From contig CAWDNU010000001.1 in NCBI GenBank assembly GCA_963803705.1, positions 576,001-640,000 of the forward strand: DNA of 64,000 bases, given 5' to 3'. The first letter of the stretch is position 1, and each line of letters opens with the position of its first letter. Origin of the DNA: an uncultured Pseudobdellovibrionaceae bacterium (GTDB lineage: Bacteria > Bdellovibrionota > Bdellovibrionia > Bdellovibrionales > UBA1609). A program made the translations under genes and the position numbers. Under the pieces are notes generated by a model. It did no database searches, had not been told where the DNA came from, and saw only the letters and a list, made by a program, of their open reading frames with translations. Positions 61,297-64,000 of the stretch are shown one piece after another.

Positions 61297-62416
61297 TTGG
61301 GTCTAAGCACTGAACATTCTGATGTCTTAAGATCGATAGAAGTTATTCAATCTAAAGTGCTTGAGCTTCGGGGGTTTCTTTGACATCGAGTCTAAGCGTA
61401 AGCGGCTTATCGACTTAAAGGAAAAATCAGAAAGTCCTAAAGTTTGGAATGATCCAGAGCTGCTTCAGAAGATAAATCAAGATGTGTCCCAGTTGCAAAA
61501 AACCATAGAAGAATTCGATTCAATTCATAAAAAAGCTGAAGACTCATTAGTCCTGCTGGGAATGTCACAAGATGAAGGTGATGAAGAAACTTTTACTGAA
61601 GTTAAGAGCGAGGTTTCTATCTTGGAACAGCTGTTAGAAAAGCTTGAGGCCAAAAGACTATTAAGCGGCGAAATGGATTTAAATTCAGCATTTGTATCTA
61701 TAAATTCTGGAGCAGGAGGAACTGAGGCCTGTGATTGGGCGGAAATTTTATTTCGGATGTATTCCAGATTTGCAGATTCAGAAGATTACAAGTTAGATGT
61801 CATCGAGCGAACTGATGGTGAAAATGTAGGGTTGAAGTCCATTACTTTCTCGGTTGAAGGTGCTTACGCTTACGGCTATTTGAAATCAGAAACTGGAGTT
61901 CACCGTTTAGTGCGGATTAGTCCCTTTGATGCAAACGCTAAAAGACACACTACATTTGCCTCGGTTTTTGTGTGGCCTGAAGTTGATGATGATATTGAAG
62001 TGGACTTGAACACCTCAGATATTAAGGTGGATACTTACCGTGCTAGCGGCGCCGGGGGCCAGCACATCAATAAAACTGATTCAGCAATTCGCATGACCCA
62101 TCTGCCGACTGGTGTAGTTGTGCAGTGTCAGCAGGAAAGGTCTCAAATCGCCAATCGTGAGAAAGCGATGAAAATGCTGCGAGCAGCTCTTTATGATTTA
62201 GAGGTCAAAAAAAGACAAGACGAAAAAGACAAGCAAAACTCAGAAAAAAAACTAAATGAATGGGGAAGCCAGATACGCTCTTATGTTCTGCATCCTTACA
62301 AAATGGTCAAAGATCATCGAACAGGGCAAGAGTCTTCACAAGCTGAAAAGGTGTTGGACGGTGACTTAGAAGACTTTATACAGTCTTATCTAAAAATGAT
62401 TGGAACCAACACATGA
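61297..62416 (+). CDS. prfB: Peptide chain release factor 2 with programmed +1 frameshift
   Basis: TTG start at 61297 after GAGG, 28 codons to GGGGG-TTT-CTT-TGA-C, then +1 frame with SPF and GGQ. Confidence 0.95.
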
Positions 62417-63630
62417 TTTTTTGGTACGCAGCACGAACCTTAACGACCTCTAGGGGCTTATTTAATCTGTCTACTTTGCTGTCTCTGGTAAGTTTAGCGA
62501 TTGGAATTGCGACCCTAATCACGGTTATGGCCCTAGTAAGTGGATACGAAAAGGCACTTAAGTCATCGGTTTTCGATGTAGTTGGTCATTTACTAGTTTC
62601 TAAAGCTCCTGTGCCAATATATGACGCCGATGAAGCCGCTTTGATTTTGAAAGGTGAACTCTCAGATAAAAGCTTTGAATATTCACCTTACGTCCAAAAA
62701 GAGGCTTTGGTTGTAAGTGGGGGAAAGATTCAAGGTGTTATAGTTGAAGGCTTAGACAGCACATCTTTTGATAAAGTTTCGAACATTGCTAAACGGACAG
62801 TTGAGGGTAAGTTTGATTTAAAGAAAACTTTGATTTGTCCAGGGGTCTATATTGGTAAGGGGTTGGCAAAGCAGTTCAATCTTAAAGTAGGTGATAGTTT
62901 CAACATTGTAGTTCCTTTTTCGGATTTCAATTTTGGTATTAGAAGAACTTTAAAGCGTTTCAAAATCATGGGCTCCCTAGATCTAGGGAAGTATGAGTAT
63001 AACAACCGATACGTTCTTACAGAGATTAAAAATGCTCGAAGCCTTTTTGAATTCTCAAATTTAGCTTCGACTGGTTTAAGACTAAAATTCCAGGACCCTC
63101 AGCACGCAATCGAAGTTCAAAACGAGATCATAGAGAAGAATCTTCCATACAGTGTGCAAACCTGGAAGGACACTAATTTAAGTTTATTTGAAGCTATCAA
63201 AATTGAGCGAGTTATTATCTTTTTAATATTATGCATTATGATTATCATCGGAGCATTTAACTTATCTACGGGATTATTTCTAAGTGTTTTTAAAAAAACA
63301 GCTGATATCAGCGTTTTAAGATCACTGGGGCTTAAGGCTGGACAAGTCGCTATGATCTTTGTGTTTCAAGGCCTGATAATTGGCGTTGTAGGCTTTGTTC
63401 TTGGTGTCGCCCTAGGTTATATACTTATCAGTATATTAAATTTGGTTTTAGCTTCGGGTTTGTTTTTACCTCCAGAAGTTTACAAACTAAACACGCTTGT
63501 TCTTGAAGTGAAGGGTAAAGATTTGATTTATATTTTCGTAGCTTCAATGGTGATTTGCTTTGTTGCAACTATCAACCCAGCAAGAAGAAATTTTAAGCTT
63601 AAACCATCTGAAGGCCTTAGATATGACTGA
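62413..63630 (+). CDS. Lipoprotein-releasing ABC permease (LolC/E family)
   Basis: GIATLITVMALVSG, W...N..LF.A...E, DI.VLRSLG, P.EVY, P.E.LRY. Confidence 0.88.
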   Translation: MIFWYAARTLTTSRGLFNLSTLLSLVSLAIGIATLITVMALVSGYEKALKSSVFDVVGHLLVSKAPVPIYDADEAALILKGELSDKSFEYSPYVQKEALVVSGGKIQGVIVEGLDSTSFDKVSNIAKRTVEGKFDLKKTLICPGVYIGKGLAKQFNLKVGDSFNIVVPFSDFNFGIRRTLKRFKIMGSLDLGKYEYNNRYVLTEIKNARSLFEFSNLASTGLRLKFQDPQHAIEVQNEIIEKNLPYSVQTWKDTNLSLFEAIKIERVIIFLILCIMIIIGAFNLSTGLFLSVFKKTADISVLRSLGLKAGQVAMIFVFQGLIIGVVGFVLGVALGYILISILNLVLASGLFLPPEVYKLNTLVLEVKGKDLIYIFVASMVICFVATINPARRNFKLKPSEGLRYD

Positions 63631-64000
63631 AATATTACTTGAAGCCAAGGGTATAAAGAAAAGCTTTGTCAGAGATCGACAACAACTGCAAATACTTCAT
63701 GGACTTGATTTTAAAATCAGAAAAGGCGAAAGCTTAGCCATCGTCGGTGGTTCCGGTGCAGGCAAAAGCACTTTGCTGCAAATTTTAGGTACCTTGGATA
63801 CACCAACTGAAGGCGAAGTTTTTTTTGAAGGTCAAAATGTAACCCATTGGTCAGATAACAGATTAGCTGACTTTAGAAATCAAAATTTAGGTTTTGTCTT
63901 TCAATTTCATCATTTGCTTCAAGAATTTACTGCAGCTGAGAACGTGATGTTTCCTTGTCTAATCCAAAAGATGCCTAAAAGTTTAGCTAGGGAAAAAGCT
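63623..64000 (+). CDS. lolD: Lipoprotein-releasing ABC ATPase (truncated by window edge)
   Basis: Translated by hand: MTEILLEAKGIKKSF...GGSGAGKSTLL...GFVFQFHHLL. Confidence 0.88.
   Translation, partial: MTEILLEAKGIKKSFVRDRQQLQILHGLDFKIRKGESLAIVGGSGAGKSTLLQILGTLDTPTEGEVFFEGQNVTHWSDNRLADFRNQNLGFVFQFHHLLQEFTAAENVMFPCLIQKMPKSLAREKA

Noticed and set aside
61361..62416. ORF-track start for RF2, or prfB as a pseudogene
   Set aside because: Explained by the canonical CTT-TGA-C frameshift.

Overview
AT-rich bacterial chromosome segment, mostly housekeeping genes. Gene content suggests Bdellovibrionota or a related deltaproteobacterial lineage (inference from the stand-alone spirochete/delta-type EF-G, the relocated short rplX and the secreted hypotheticals). 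It holds ribosomal protein genes (rpsR, rpmB, rplX, rpsT), hppA, metG, lpxD, infA, a tex-like gene, topA, prc, 2-oxoacid dehydrogenase E1 alpha/beta, a TolC-RND-TetR unit, pyrE, dcd, fusA, a recQ-like gene, aat, lysC-lysA, purA, lptE-holA, murJ, ybeY, a frameshifted prfB, lolC/E-lolD, and tRNA-Glu and tRNA-Lys. I saw no transposase, integrase, CRISPR array or rRNA. Four signals stand out. (1) Two non-coding elements (22127-22402, 37957-38115) share a conserved, covarying core but have unrelated long near-perfect inverted arms. (2) A four-gene cassette between ybeY and prfB (membrane histidine kinase, heme-oxygenase-like diiron enzyme, LuxI/FeeM-like acyltransferase, receiver protein) looks like a signal synthesis-and-sensing module. 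(3) A 125-bp MITE-like repeat family has two near-identical copies and two degenerate relatives. (4) An MgtL-like leader peptide ORF sits upstream of a CNNM/CorB Mg2+ transporter gene. All calls come from visual motif recognition; no searches were run.
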